From an uncultured Methanomassiliicoccales archaeon (lineage in GTDB: Archaea > Thermoplasmatota > Thermoplasmata > Methanomassiliicoccales > UBA472): a stretch of DNA of 64,000 bases. This document shows, piece by piece, positions 31,037 to 42,383 of this stretch. The number at the start of each line of letters is the position of its first letter. Positions within the stretch are counted from its first letter, which is position 1. The stretch lies in NCBI GenBank assembly GCA_963695345.1, contig OY968769.1, forward strand, positions 864,001 to 928,000, read 5' to 3'. Made by a program: the position numbers and the translations under genes. Below the pieces are notes generated by a model. It did no database searches and had not been told where the DNA came from. It saw only the letters and a list, made by a program, of their open reading frames with translations.

Positions 31037-31504
31037 TCATGTCCTGGCCCTCGTCGTCCGCAATTTGGATCCGCATACCGGGCAGTCTGGCATGTCCTTG
31101 TCGAAGACCTTGCCGCAGCCCAGGCATTTGTAGTTCCATTTGACGAGCTGCCTGATCGCTTTCATCCCGACGGCCTTGTACTTCAGGCCGAGTGACCTCG
31201 CGGTGTTCTGGATCGAGTAGTCATCGGTGAGGATGGTCGCTTCCAGGTCCTTCGCCAGGGCGAGGAGGTCAATATCGACCGGGGAAAGTCTCTTCGAATC
31301 GCCCGTGGACTGGGACGCCTGGACGATGGCCTTCCTAGACTTTGGGGACGGGTCCATGACCGTCACCTGGTGCTCCCAGAACATCCAACGCGTATCGTTG
31401 TACTTCTTCAGCTCCTCGACGACGCCTGGGGTGGTATAAGCCTTATACTCCCCGGGTACGGACTCCATCGAGAAGAGGGCGGATGTATCCAGAACGACGA
31501 TCAC
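31037..31504 (-). CDS. nob1: Nob1-like PIN endonuclease with zinc ribbon
   Basis: Motifs VLDTSA, LSPVD, TDDYSIQN and CLGC..CPVCG. Confidence 0.9.
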   Translation of the reverse strand: MIVVLDTSALFSMESVPGEYKAYTTPGVVEELKKYNDTRWMFWEHQVTVMDPSPKSRKAIVQASQSTGDSKRLSPVDIDLLALAKDLEATILTDDYSIQNTARSLGLKYKAVGMKAIRQLVKWNYKCLGCGKVFDKDMPDCPVCGSKLRTTRART

Positions 31505-31584
31505 GTCCCACTCAATGCCTTCGCATCGGTAATACCTTTTCCAAACAATCTTAAATACCGATTCTCCTTTTTTGGCGTTCGGAC

Positions 31585-31848
31585 ATGATCGAGGTACAAG
31601 TGGACCAAGCGGTCAAGGATTACATTCAGAAGACAGGAAGGGATTTCCGCGTGAGCACGACCTGCTCTGGTCCGGTCATCATGCCGATCGAGGTCAAGCC
31701 GGCGAAGGACAATGACATCAAGGTCAAGATAGGGAAGAACACGCTCTTCATTTCCCGGGTCCAGGCAAGGTATATCGACCGGATTACGATGGAAATGATG
31801 TATGACGCCGATGTAGGGCTCAATTGCTCTCTTTATCCAGGTCTTTGA
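31585..31848 (+). CDS. small hypothetical protein
   Basis: 87 aa ORF with TATA-like TTAAATA upstream; overlaps the convergent gene by 29 nt. Confidence 0.65.
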   Translation: MIEVQVDQAVKDYIQKTGRDFRVSTTCSGPVIMPIEVKPAKDNDIKVKIGKNTLFISRVQARYIDRITMEMMYDADVGLNCSLYPGL

Positions 31849-32473
31849 GCGATCTGATGTTGTCCAGGGCAAATTGAAGCTGCTCTGCCACATCGATCTT
31901 CACTTCCTCTTCCATGATCCTTTCGGGCCGGGCCATGGTGATCGGCCTTTCCGGGACGATGGTGCACGCCGGTGCCTTCCCGTGGGATATGGAGATCTCA
32001 TAGGTCCCGATCTGTTTCCCGATGAACTCGATCTCGATCTTATCCAGGCCTATCAGTGGGCGTAGGATCGGGAAGTCCATGCCGAAGGTCTCCGCTCTCA
32101 GGTTCTGAAGCGTCTGGGATGCCACTTGGCCGAGCGATTCCCCGGTAACGATGGCATCGGCGCCGATCCTCTCCGCGAAACCCTTTGCCGTCCGCAGCAT
32201 CTGCCGCTTGCACAGGACGCACTGGAATGTCGCACGGCACTTCTCGGCGTTGATCTGGTTGTTCCTTCCGTGCGGCGCATAATAGAAATCGAAATGCCTC
32301 CCAGTTGCCCTTTCCAGGGGGGCGATCATCATGGAGGTCTTGCGTACGCTGCCTGGAGAGCCATAGGGCCGGTTGTCCATGTGGAGCAGGGTCAGGTCGA
32401 CCCCTCTCATCGCCATCAAGTAGGCCGCCACGGGTGAGTCGATGCCTCCGGAGATGAGCGCCACTGCCTTCAT
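31820..32473 (-). CDS. ThiI-like PP-loop thiouridylase domain (no THUMP domain)
   Basis: SGGIDSPVA, CVLCKR, TGESLGQVASQT and RPLIG.DK; about 217 aa only. Confidence 0.82.
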   Translation of the reverse strand: MKAVALISGGIDSPVAAYLMAMRGVDLTLLHMDNRPYGSPGSVRKTSMMIAPLERATGRHFDFYYAPHGRNNQINAEKCRATFQCVLCKRQMLRTAKGFAERIGADAIVTGESLGQVASQTLQNLRAETFGMDFPILRPLIGLDKIEIEFIGKQIGTYEISISHGKAPACTIVPERPITMARPERIMEEEVKIDVAEQLQFALDNIRSLKDLDKESN

Positions 32474-32532
32474 ATCGGGAGAGGGGAAGATTTCCCTTAT
32501 AATAACATTGCCGGGGGAAAAAAGGTCCGCCT

Positions 32533-32718
32533 TCAATTGTTGGTCTTGAAATCGCTAGTGGTCGACATTCCGGGATAGGCGGCGAGATTCTCCTCCCCCT
32601 CCTCATCCTCTTGTTCTGCGACCATGTTCAGAAGGAGCGCCATTATCTCCTTCATCTGCTGAACCTCTTCCTTGAGCTCCTTGATCTCTCGGGCCAGGTC
32701 CTCGTTGCTCTTTGCCAT
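32533..32718 (-). CDS. small acidic coiled-coil protein
   Basis: 61 aa ORF with an RBS-like GAGG upstream and a heptad-like pattern. Confidence 0.6.
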   Translation of the reverse strand: MAKSNEDLAREIKELKEEVQQMKEIMALLLNMVAEQEDEEGEENLAAYPGMSTTSDFKTNN

Positions 32719-32834
32719 GCGACCTCACTCCATTGTCGAACCCGGTCTATTGCATTTATGCTTTTCTAGAAGAGAATAATAAACATGATAGGATGGTGAA
32801 GAATGGGGAGGGATGCGCGACCCCCAAAACGTGC

Positions 32835-33398
32835 CTAGACGCTCTCCACGTCGCCGTAGTCATCGGCCATCTTCCTTATGTCGCCCCTCTCGCAGGTGTT
32901 GCAGTAGAGGCCTTTATCGACCTTCAGCAGCGGCTGCCGGCATTTGCGGCACAGGGCCTTGACGACCCCATAGTGCGGACCGGCGGTGGTCAGCTGGATC
33001 GACGGCTTGACCTGGGTGACCTTGGCCCTGATGATATCGCTGGGCCTGACCTCGCGGCCAACGTCCTGGACATATTCCTGGGACAATTTTGAGACGTGTA
33101 TGGTTCCGTTGGTGTCCCCGGTGATATTGCGGCTCTTGCCTTTGACCAATACCACCTCGGCAATGGCCATCGAGGCGCGCACATCGGTGATCTCGGCGAA
33201 CACCTCATCGCCGATAGTTAACGTGATCATCGGATTCTCGGCGACAACCTTGGCGACCTTCTCCTTGTCGTCAAGCTCCAGTATACCTTTGAGAGCAGAA
33301 AATACCTTGCCGTTCTCCTCATAGGTGCCCTCAGCCGGCAAGTACTCTTCAGCCTCGGCCACTTCGTCGCCGGGCAAGACCTTTCTCTTATCGTTCAT
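32835..33398 (-). CDS. csl4: exosome RNA-binding protein Csl4
   Basis: VLPGD...EEY, S1 domain and C-terminal CRKC..CNTC...RK zinc ribbon. Confidence 0.92.
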   Translation of the reverse strand: MNDKRKVLPGDEVAEAEEYLPAEGTYEENGKVFSALKGILELDDKEKVAKVVAENPMITLTIGDEVFAEITDVRASMAIAEVVLVKGKSRNITGDTNGTIHVSKLSQEYVQDVGREVRPSDIIRAKVTQVKPSIQLTTAGPHYGVVKALCRKCRQPLLKVDKGLYCNTCERGDIRKMADDYGDVESV

Positions 33399-33404
33399 TT
33401 TGCA

Positions 33405-34007
33405 TCACCCAATTCTGCGCAAGCAGAGAAGCGAAACGTCGAAACACTTCTTAGCCTTCGTATGGAACGAAAACATATGAGGAATCTCGAATTTATACCT
33501 TTTCTGGTAGTCCACATAAAAACCACGGTCGGAAATATACTTGGCCAGGAAGTCAACCGTGTCGCTCATGTGGATCGAATAGACCGCGTCGGCTACGGTC
33601 ATCGCGGTATCGAGGAACGGCCTGTCCGCATTCCGTTTCTGAGACCCGAAAGGCGGGTTCATCACCACGGTGTCAACCTTCTCGTCGAACTCGCTCACGT
33701 TCAGATTGTAAAGGTCCACATCCACTCCGATGAACTTCGCGTTCGCCGCGGCCTGGGTGAGGGCGTTCTCATCGATGTCGACCCCTATCACGCGTTTCGC
33801 GCCCAGTTTGGCCGCTCCGATGGCCAGGATCCCGGTCCCGCATCCCAGGTCCACGACCGTCCTGTCCGCGATATCGCCTTCGGCGTAGGCCATGAATAGG
33901 AAGTCAGAAGCGATCACCGATGGAGTGGAATACTGTTCCAGTGAGGCCTTCGGTCTATCGAATGGCGGGATGGTCTGCAAGATCATCTCCAGGTCTTTCT
34001 TCTTCAT
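33405..34007 (-). CDS. METTL5-like N6-adenine RNA methyltransferase
   Basis: Motifs LEQY.TP, DLGCGTG, MNPPFG and FH. Confidence 0.9.
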   Translation of the reverse strand: MKKKDLEMILQTIPPFDRPKASLEQYSTPSVIASDFLFMAYAEGDIADRTVVDLGCGTGILAIGAAKLGAKRVIGVDIDENALTQAAANAKFIGVDVDLYNLNVSEFDEKVDTVVMNPPFGSQKRNADRPFLDTAMTVADAVYSIHMSDTVDFLAKYISDRGFYVDYQKRYKFEIPHMFSFHTKAKKCFDVSLLCLRRIG

Positions 34008-34032
34008 TGCACACCAGGATGGACAGCGATGA

Positions 34033-34335
34033 TTAATACTCGTAGTCGACGACGGCGCGGGCCTCTCTTATCTTGAGGATATATTCGGCCACCTTGACAT
34101 GTTCCGGGTGTGCCTGATAGGCCTGAAGGTCCAGGATGTTGGCGAAATCCACGATGAGGACCAGATCATATGAGGTCGGAGAGTTCATCGCATTGATTCC
34201 CACTTCCAGTGTCTTGATCTCCTTGATCCTGAACGGAAGAAGATCCAGCATCTCCTTGGCGTGAATGGCGTTCTGTTCCTTTGTCCTGCCTTCGGCCGAT
34301 TCCTTCAGCCTCCACATAACGATGTGCTTGAGCAT
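34033..34335 (-). CDS. Dabb (stress-responsive A/B barrel) protein
   Basis: Motifs [16 protein letters not shown] and VDY. Confidence 0.88.
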   Translation of the reverse strand: MLKHIVMWRLKESAEGRTKEQNAIHAKEMLDLLPFRIKEIKTLEVGINAMNSPTSYDLVLIVDFANILDLQAYQAHPEHVKVAEYILKIREARAVVDYEY

Positions 34336-34349
34336 ATTGATCGCTAGCC

Positions 34350-34994
34350 TCACTGGTTGAGACCTAGATTGAGGAAATCCGCGCTGGTGAGTATCCCGAC
34401 GATCTGGCCTTTCCGGGATATCAGGATCGCCTCCTCTCGTTGAAGGTGGAACGAGGCCAGGTCGATTGGCGTGTCCTCCGAGAGTATCGGGAACGGCTCG
34501 TCCATGATCTCCTCGATCTTCGTCCTCATGACCTCGTCATAGGTCTTCCGGCCGGATTTAGTTTCCTCTATCGTGTAGTCGCGAATGCGATCATCGGTAA
34601 TGCCCCCGACGACCCTCTCACCGACGATCACGGGCAACTGCGTGAAGCGGCCCTTCATCATCCTCTCGGTCCCTTCTCCGATCGACTGGTCCGGGGTCAC
34701 ATGGATCACCCCGCGGGTGGCAAGATCGCCGACGGTGAGCTGGTTCCCGGTCTTCATGCCCTCCACCTTTCGCCTTCGGAGCACTTCCTCGAACGCCACT
34801 AGTATCTTGCGCACGTTGCTGTAGGACGGATCGATGCTGCCGCGTTCGATCTTGGCGATCAGTGATTGGCTGACTCCTGCCAAATTCGCCAATTCTCGCT
34901 GTGAGAGATTAAGCCTCTTCCTCATCTGACGTATCTTGTCGAGATCTGGGAGCTGGGGTACCAATGCGATCCGGGCCGAGGACATGGGAATCAA
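34350..34994 (-). CDS. XRE-HTH plus CBS domain transcriptional regulator
   Basis: LSQRELANLAGVSQSLIAKIERG HTH followed by two CBS repeats. Confidence 0.9.
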   Translation of the reverse strand: MIPMSSARIALVPQLPDLDKIRQMRKRLNLSQRELANLAGVSQSLIAKIERGSIDPSYSNVRKILVAFEEVLRRRKVEGMKTGNQLTVGDLATRGVIHVTPDQSIGEGTERMMKGRFTQLPVIVGERVVGGITDDRIRDYTIEETKSGRKTYDEVMRTKIEEIMDEPFPILSEDTPIDLASFHLQREEAILISRKGQIVGILTSADFLNLGLNQ

Positions 34995-35113
34995 CCTTTC
35001 TTATGACCTGCTGCAGAGCTTCATTGTGATTGGCAAATTTAAGCTTTGCCAGAATCATATGAACAAATCCTGGGGGGAATCAATGTTCGGATTATGATTC
35101 TGGTTTGCATCGA

Positions 35114-35206
35114 CTAGACAAATAGCTAGATAATATGAAAATATTTCGCTTAAATGACTATGGGATTGGAGCTAGTCAACTAAAAACTAGACAATTGTAC
35201 AGTCAA
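35114..35206 (+). repeat. clustered CTAG(A/T)(C/T)AA direct repeats, candidate operator sites
   Basis: CTAGACAA 35114, CTAGATAA 35126, CTAGTCAA 35172, CTAGACAA 35187 and a partial CAGTCAA at 35200. Confidence 0.55.
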
Positions 35207-35248
35207 ATAGAGGCGGTATTCCCATATGAATCAATAAAACAATAATGC

Positions 35249-35486
35249 ATATATATGTCCGCGAAATAGCATCGAGTGATGGACCAACGTCATAAAGGTA
35301 AGAGATGTCCCTCTTTCACAGGGCGTTCGGCCCTGCCCACGGTAGGTTTCCTTCCGCTAATGCGGCATGTATCTCTGGAAAGATTAATTACCCAAGCGGA
35401 GACAACTACTGGGACTCTGATGCGAGAGCTATTATCCATCGGACATCCCTACAGGGATGTATTCGTCGTTAACAGGAGTAAGTAAT
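35249..35486 (+). promoter_or_regulatory. TATA-like box and long structured 5' leader of the glutamate synthase operon
   Basis: ATATATAT at about 35249-35256; several stem-loops; AGGAG at 35474-35478 before ATG 35487. Confidence 0.45.
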
Positions 35487-36721
35487 ATGGAATATTTCGG
35501 TGATGAACGTCACCACAGATGCGTGTCACAGGTCAGCAACCCACTCCCCAAGCCGGCTTATGCTTATGGAGCGGCCAGACCGTCCGGGCCCGCCTACCTC
35601 ATGGGCGGCTGCGGTATCGCGGGCATCATGGCACTGGATGGCAGCACGATCTCGGGCAACCGGATCGGCTCGATGTTAAGGACCATGGGCGAGAGGGAGA
35701 ACGGACTAGGAGCCGGCTATGCCTGCTACGGGCTCTTCCCCCAGCACCTCGACGAATATTGCTTTCAGGTCTTCTTCGATGATGAGGAGATCAAGAAGAA
35801 GGTCGAAGAGTTCTTCAAGGATTATCTCGAGATCAACCATGCCGAGAAGGTATATACCAAACCGGTTCAGACTATGACCCCTCCGTTCCCCAAGATATGG
35901 CGATACTTTGTCACGCCAAAACCGGGCAAAGATTGGTACGGCAATACCCAACTGGCCCCTGACGATTTCATCATCCAGGTGGTCATGTTCGTCAATTCCA
36001 CCATGTCCGGTGCCCAGATCATATCTTCCGGGAAGAACATGGCCGTCTTCAAGGGGAACGGGTTCTCCTATGAGATCGCCGAATTCTACGATATCTCCCG
36101 TTACAGCGGCAATCTCTGGATATCCCACTCCAGGTTCCCCACGAACTCTCCCGCCTGGTGGGCGGGGGCGCACCCGATGAGCGTCCTAGACTGGGGGGTC
36201 TGCCACAACGGGGAGATCACCTCCTATGGCGTGAACAAGAAACTGGTGGAGATGAACGGCTACAAGTGCACGGTGCAGACGGACACCGAGGTGGTCTCCT
36301 ATATCTGGGACCTGCTGGTGCGGAAGCATAAACTGCCGATCCAGGCGGCCGCCTTCGCCATGGCCCCGTGGACCCACGAGGAGATCGCCACCCTCGATCC
36401 CGCAAGCAGGAAACTGGCCACATGGCTCCGCATCGCCTATCGGGAGGCTTTCCTGAACGGTCCGTTCTCCATACTGGTCGGGCGCTCCCAACCCGAGATA
36501 ACGCTGATAGCCCTGGCCGACCGCAAGAAGTTGAGACCAATGCTCGTAGGCAAATCGCAGGATGGCAAATTGGCCTTCTGCGCCTCCGAGGAGTGCGCCG
36601 TCCGAACGGTGGAACCGGAGGCGATCACATGGACCTGTAACGCGGGAAGCCCATTCATCGCCCAGGTGGGCAAGGGCATCATCAGGGCGGGAATCGAACA
36701 CCCATTCCAGGGGGCCACCCA

Positions 36722-36725
<4 letters not shown>
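35487..36725 (+). CDS. gltB1: glutamate synthase amidotransferase subunit (GltB1)
   Basis: Ntn-type C in GGCGIAG, ENGLGAG, HSRFPTN, HNGEI, TDTEV and D...LRP. Confidence 0.88.
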
Positions 36726-38259
<1,534 letters not shown>

Positions 38260-38260
<1 letters not shown>

Positions 38261-39099
38261 TGTCGAACATCGATTACGACTACCATGTGGAAGAATGCGA
38301 CTGCGGCAAAGACTGCACTGTCACGCGGGAGGGCGTCGCCACCATCCGGGCCGACGGGAGAGATACGGGCAAAGGCGCGCTCCATTACAAGACGCTGAAC
38401 TGCGCCATCCGTAAGGCCATTGCCTCAGACATCAAGACGATCATCATAGAGGAGGTCATGGGCCAGCGTTATATAGGCGCCACTGCCACCGGGTCCGACC
38501 TGCGCATTATGATCCACGGCACCCCGGGCAACAGCCTGGGGGCTTTCCTGAACGGACCTACGATCGAAGTGATGGGCAATGCCCAGGACATGACCGGCAA
38601 CACCATGAACTCGGGGAAAATAATCGTTCACGGGAACGCCTGGGATGTTACTGGCCTGTCGGCACGCGGGGGGACCATCATGATCAAGGGGTCCTCCGGA
38701 TACCGCGTCGGCATACACATGAAGGAATATGGCCAGACACGACCCTCATTGGTCATCGGAGGAACCGTCAAGGACTACCTCGGCGAATACATGGCAGGAG
38801 GAACGATTCTGGTGCTGGGCCTCCGAACGCATGCGGAGTCACCGGTCGGTCACAACATCGGCGCTGGTATGCATGGAGGGCGAATCTATGTGAGAGGCAA
38901 GGTCGACATCAGCCAGCTCGGTCCGGGTGCGGTCGTATCGAAGGTAACGGAGGAAGACACGGCCGAACTGACCGCGCTCATCGAGGAGTACGAAGGATAC
39001 TTCGGCGAGCCAGTGGGAAGGGACTACTCCAATTTCGTGAAGATCAAGCCCTCATCGTCAAGGCCGTTCAGCGGATACTACGATAAGACGAACATCTGA
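38260..39099 (+). CDS. gltB3: glutamate synthase GXGXG subunit (GltB3)
   Basis: GQRYIG, GTPGN, G.HMKEY, GEYMAGG and GMHGG; TGATG coupling. Confidence 0.9.
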
Positions 39100-39102
39100 A
39101 CG

Positions 39103-39564
39103 TCATAGACCAGGCGGCCGTGAGACTGAATCGAGCACCACCTTCAGCTCGATGTCCTTCAGACCCATCGGGATCAGATCGCGGGTGACGATGTCCTCGA
39201 GCGAGTGATTGTCCGGGGCAGAGACACGGACCAGTATCCTTTTCTGCCCAGATATCTGAAGCACCTCCCTGACCCCTTCGATCTTGGAGAGCTTCTTGAG
39301 GTCCGCCGCCGTCGTTTCATGCGCCAGGTTACCCAGGACGATGGCGTCGGCATTCATCCCCATGCGCTCCGCGTTGACGATGGCATAGTAGCCGAGGATG
39401 ACCTTGTCGTCCTCGAGACGGCGTATGCGGTCCCGGACCGTCGATGAGGACCGCCTGAGCTTCACCGAGACGTCGTTGTATGTCATCCGGCCGTCCGCCA
39501 GAAGCAGCCCTATGATCTTCCGGTTCATCTGGTCAACGCTAACCAATTCCTTTCCCCCATCCAA
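39103..39564 (-). CDS. Lrp/AsnC family regulator
   Basis: D..II.LL..DGR and S.STV.DRIRRLE...VI.GY. Confidence 0.88.
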   Translation of the reverse strand: MDGGKELVSVDQMNRKIIGLLLADGRMTYNDVSVKLRRSSSTVRDRIRRLEDDKVILGYYAIVNAERMGMNADAIVLGNLAHETTAADLKKLSKIEGVREVLQISGQKRILVRVSAPDNHSLEDIVTRDLIPMGLKDIELKVVLDSVSRPPGL

Positions 39565-39716
39565 CTATTCGGTCTATTCTTAGTTGTCTCACGAATATAT
39601 AACTAACGGGGGTGTACGCCCCTCCGGCGGACGAAATGGACAAAGAGAGCGTGCAAAGCGGACCTTTGACATGTTTGACTTTGCCTGGTAAGATGACGGC
39701 AAATACGCCTTTTCGA

Positions 39717-40346
39717 TCAGTTCTTTACGGTCTGCATCTGCCGCGCGAACCCGCAGCCCTCGCAAGGTATCTCGAGAACGCACTTCTCTCCCTGCGGGAT
39801 GCCTTTGATAGCGCACAAGACCGCATGGTCCAATGGCTTGAACGGTACCTTGCGCCCGTTCGACAGAAGCATGGCCTTCTCCGCCTCATTGGGTACCATG
39901 GCATTGGAGCAGCTGGAACTAACCGATGTCATGCACTTGGCCACATCAGCGGGTGAGCATGAATCACATCTTGTGCCGCTTCTGGACAATGGCCCGAACA
40001 GGTTGGCCAACGGGTCCACCATGAAGATGCCGTTGTCCTTCCCGAAGGTGATGTACACCGTTGAAGGTTTCGCCGGCTCGATCAGCTCCATCCGCGTCCC
40101 TCTGACCTTGCGCTCCTCGCGCACGGCCCAGAAATCCTTCAGATGGTTATTGAGCTGATAGACAAGTTGATGGTATCCGACCCCTAACCTGTCCGCCAAA
40201 TCCTGTTTCGATATGGGCGCTTCCCTCGTCGAACCGTAGAGGGTGCGCAGGATGCGCTTCCTCATGTCATGATTGACAATGGACGAGTAGGTTTCTGGGT
40301 CAATGTAAGCGATTTCAATCCTGCAATTCGATGGCAATAGGTTCAT
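39717..40346 (-). CDS. winged-HTH (ArsR-like) protein with a Cys-rich C-terminus
   Basis: R.RIL..L..KQDLADRLG..Y.QL HTH; CDSC and C...CEGC. Confidence 0.7.
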   Translation of the reverse strand: MNLLPSNCRIEIAYIDPETYSSIVNHDMRKRILRTLYGSTREAPISKQDLADRLGVGYHQLVYQLNNHLKDFWAVREERKVRGTRMELIEPAKPSTVYITFGKDNGIFMVDPLANLFGPLSRSGTRCDSCSPADVAKCMTSVSSSCSNAMVPNEAEKAMLLSNGRKVPFKPLDHAVLCAIKGIPQGEKCVLEIPCEGCGFARQMQTVKN

Positions 40347-40420
40347 ATCAAACCGGCGGCTATTTAATTATTGAGTCTGTAGTTCAATCCACGGACCCGA
40401 TTGGATGCATTTCCCTGCCA

Positions 40421-41494
40421 TCAGCCCACTATCCGGTGGGTCGGGTTCGGCCTCGACGGGGCGAAGCACTCGTCCCTGAAACCATTTGACCGGTTGCCGA
40501 TCGAATCCATCGCCTGGATGATGGAGCTTCTGATGTTTGAGCGAAGCTCTTCCGGAGATGATACCACTCGGGCATTGATGGTGATCGCGACCTTGCCCTC
40601 GGCGTATCGGGAACCGCTGATACCGTCGATCGAGATATTGTCGAACACGACGGACATCTTGAGGGAATTGGTGTCCGAGGTCAGCATGATCTTGGCGTGG
40701 GCGATGTCCCCTGGATCGTAGCAGAGGGCGATGTCCCGGATGATCCTTGTGGCCAGGTCGTAAGTGTCGACCCTTTGATCGGCCTGGAAATTGAAGGTGC
40801 AATTATACCAGCCCAGTTCCGCCTCCGCCTGGGCGTAGGTGTCATAGTCGATGTCCACGTTCTGACGGTCGCTGGTATTGCCGGAACGGACAACGTTCAT
40901 TATCTCGTCCAGCCCATGGCCGGTGATCGCTGAGTAAGGGATCACGCTCGCCTGAGGATTGTAGCTCTTAGCCGCTTCGACCAGCTTGAGCAGTTCCTCC
41001 CTGGTGACCATGTCTATCTTGGAGATGACTATGTGTTCCGCCTCCTCGATCTGGTGCTTCCTGAGATAACCGCTCAAAGTGCTCGGGTCCAGCCCCACCT
41101 CGGCCAGACGCGGTGCGTCCACGACGATGATTAGCGGGGCGACCTCGAACTCGTCGGGATGCATCAGCTTCAGCGGGGCGATGACGGTGGCCAGCAGATC
41201 GGTGCATGAACCGACCGGTTCCGCGATAATGAAATCCGGGCTGGTGGTGGAGGCGAAATTCCTGGCCGATGCCATGAGGTCGTTGAACCGGCAGCAGAAA
41301 CAGCCACGCAGCACCTCCGATGTCTTAAAACCCATCGCGGTTGAATATTGCGTGTCGACCAGCGCCTCACCCTGATCGTTCATGATCAGACCGACGGTCT
41401 TGCCGGCCCCGCTCAATCCCTTCGCGATCTTGTTAATCAGGGTGGTCTTGCCGGCCCCGAGGAAACCACCAATGATCGCTATGCGTGTAGCCAT
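40421..41494 (-). CDS. COG0523/CobW-type metal-binding P-loop GTPase
   Basis: Motifs GGFLGAGKTT, GCFCC, EPVGSC and SKID. Confidence 0.85.
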   Translation of the reverse strand: MATRIAIIGGFLGAGKTTLINKIAKGLSGAGKTVGLIMNDQGEALVDTQYSTAMGFKTSEVLRGCFCCRFNDLMASARNFASTTSPDFIIAEPVGSCTDLLATVIAPLKLMHPDEFEVAPLIIVVDAPRLAEVGLDPSTLSGYLRKHQIEEAEHIVISKIDMVTREELLKLVEAAKSYNPQASVIPYSAITGHGLDEIMNVVRSGNTSDRQNVDIDYDTYAQAEAELGWYNCTFNFQADQRVDTYDLATRIIRDIALCYDPGDIAHAKIMLTSDTNSLKMSVVFDNISIDGISGSRYAEGKVAITINARVVSSPEELRSNIRSSIIQAMDSIGNRSNGFRDECFAPSRPNPTHRIVG

Positions 41495-41572
41495 TTCAGA
41501 ATCCCCGATGACCAGACAGCGGGCCTGAAGATAAACATTTTACTCTGGACCCAACAGTCTGCCTGAACCTGA

Positions 41573-42247
41573 TCAGACTATTATCGCGTCGCCCGGTCTC
41601 ATGACGGTTGCGGTACCGATGCCCTGCTCTGCGATACGGTCGCGGAACTCGTACGGGTCGGCCTCGGACCACTTGCCATAGTGCATAGGGACGACCTTCT
41701 TGGCCCTGAGCAGTTTCTCTGCCCTGACCGCGTCCTCGGAATCCATGGTGTATATGCCTCCGATGGGCAGCATGGCCAGGTCGATGTCGTATTGTTCTGA
41801 TATCAACGCCATGTCCCCGAACAGGGCGGTATCCCCTGCGTGGAACAGGTTCTTCCCGCCGATGTTGACCATGAACGAAGTGGCGGTGCCCAAAGGATGG
41901 ATGTCGTCCAGGGAGGATGAGTGCACTGCGGGGAACAGCTTGACCGAACCAAAACCGAACTTGAACTTGCCCCCTATGTGGGCGTTGATGACTTTGGCCC
42001 CCTGGGATTCGCAATACATGCCCAACTCGAATGAGCACAGGATCGGCGAGTTCGATCGCTTGGACATCTCGATCGCGTCCCCAAGATGGTCATTGTGGGC
42101 GTGCGTTACCAGAATGAGGTCGGCCTCGATGTCCCGGGCCTTGAAAGGGGCATCGGCGTTGCCGGTAAGGAACGGGTCGATGAGGACCGTAGTGCTGCCA
42201 TCGAAGATCGTGAACGCTGAATGACCTAGGTAACGAAGCTTGACCAT
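41573..42247 (-). CDS. metallo-beta-lactamase-fold hydrolase (UPF0173-like)
   Basis: Motifs GHSAF, IDPFL, THAHNDH, HAGDT, LPIGG and PMHY. Confidence 0.9.
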   Translation of the reverse strand: MVKLRYLGHSAFTIFDGSTTVLIDPFLTGNADAPFKARDIEADLILVTHAHNDHLGDAIEMSKRSNSPILCSFELGMYCESQGAKVINAHIGGKFKFGFGSVKLFPAVHSSSLDDIHPLGTATSFMVNIGGKNLFHAGDTALFGDMALISEQYDIDLAMLPIGGIYTMDSEDAVRAEKLLRAKKVVPMHYGKWSEADPYEFRDRIAEQGIGTATVMRPGDAIIV

Positions 42248-42383
42248 GGAGTCAGTAGATGAATCGCCGAACCGATATAAGTTACCGGCATTGTGATTCA
42301 CAAGACATGGCTTTGATATGACAAGTGCCAGCCAGGGACGGGATAAGCAAGGTTCAAATCCTGATGGTCAAATACTGCATGGA

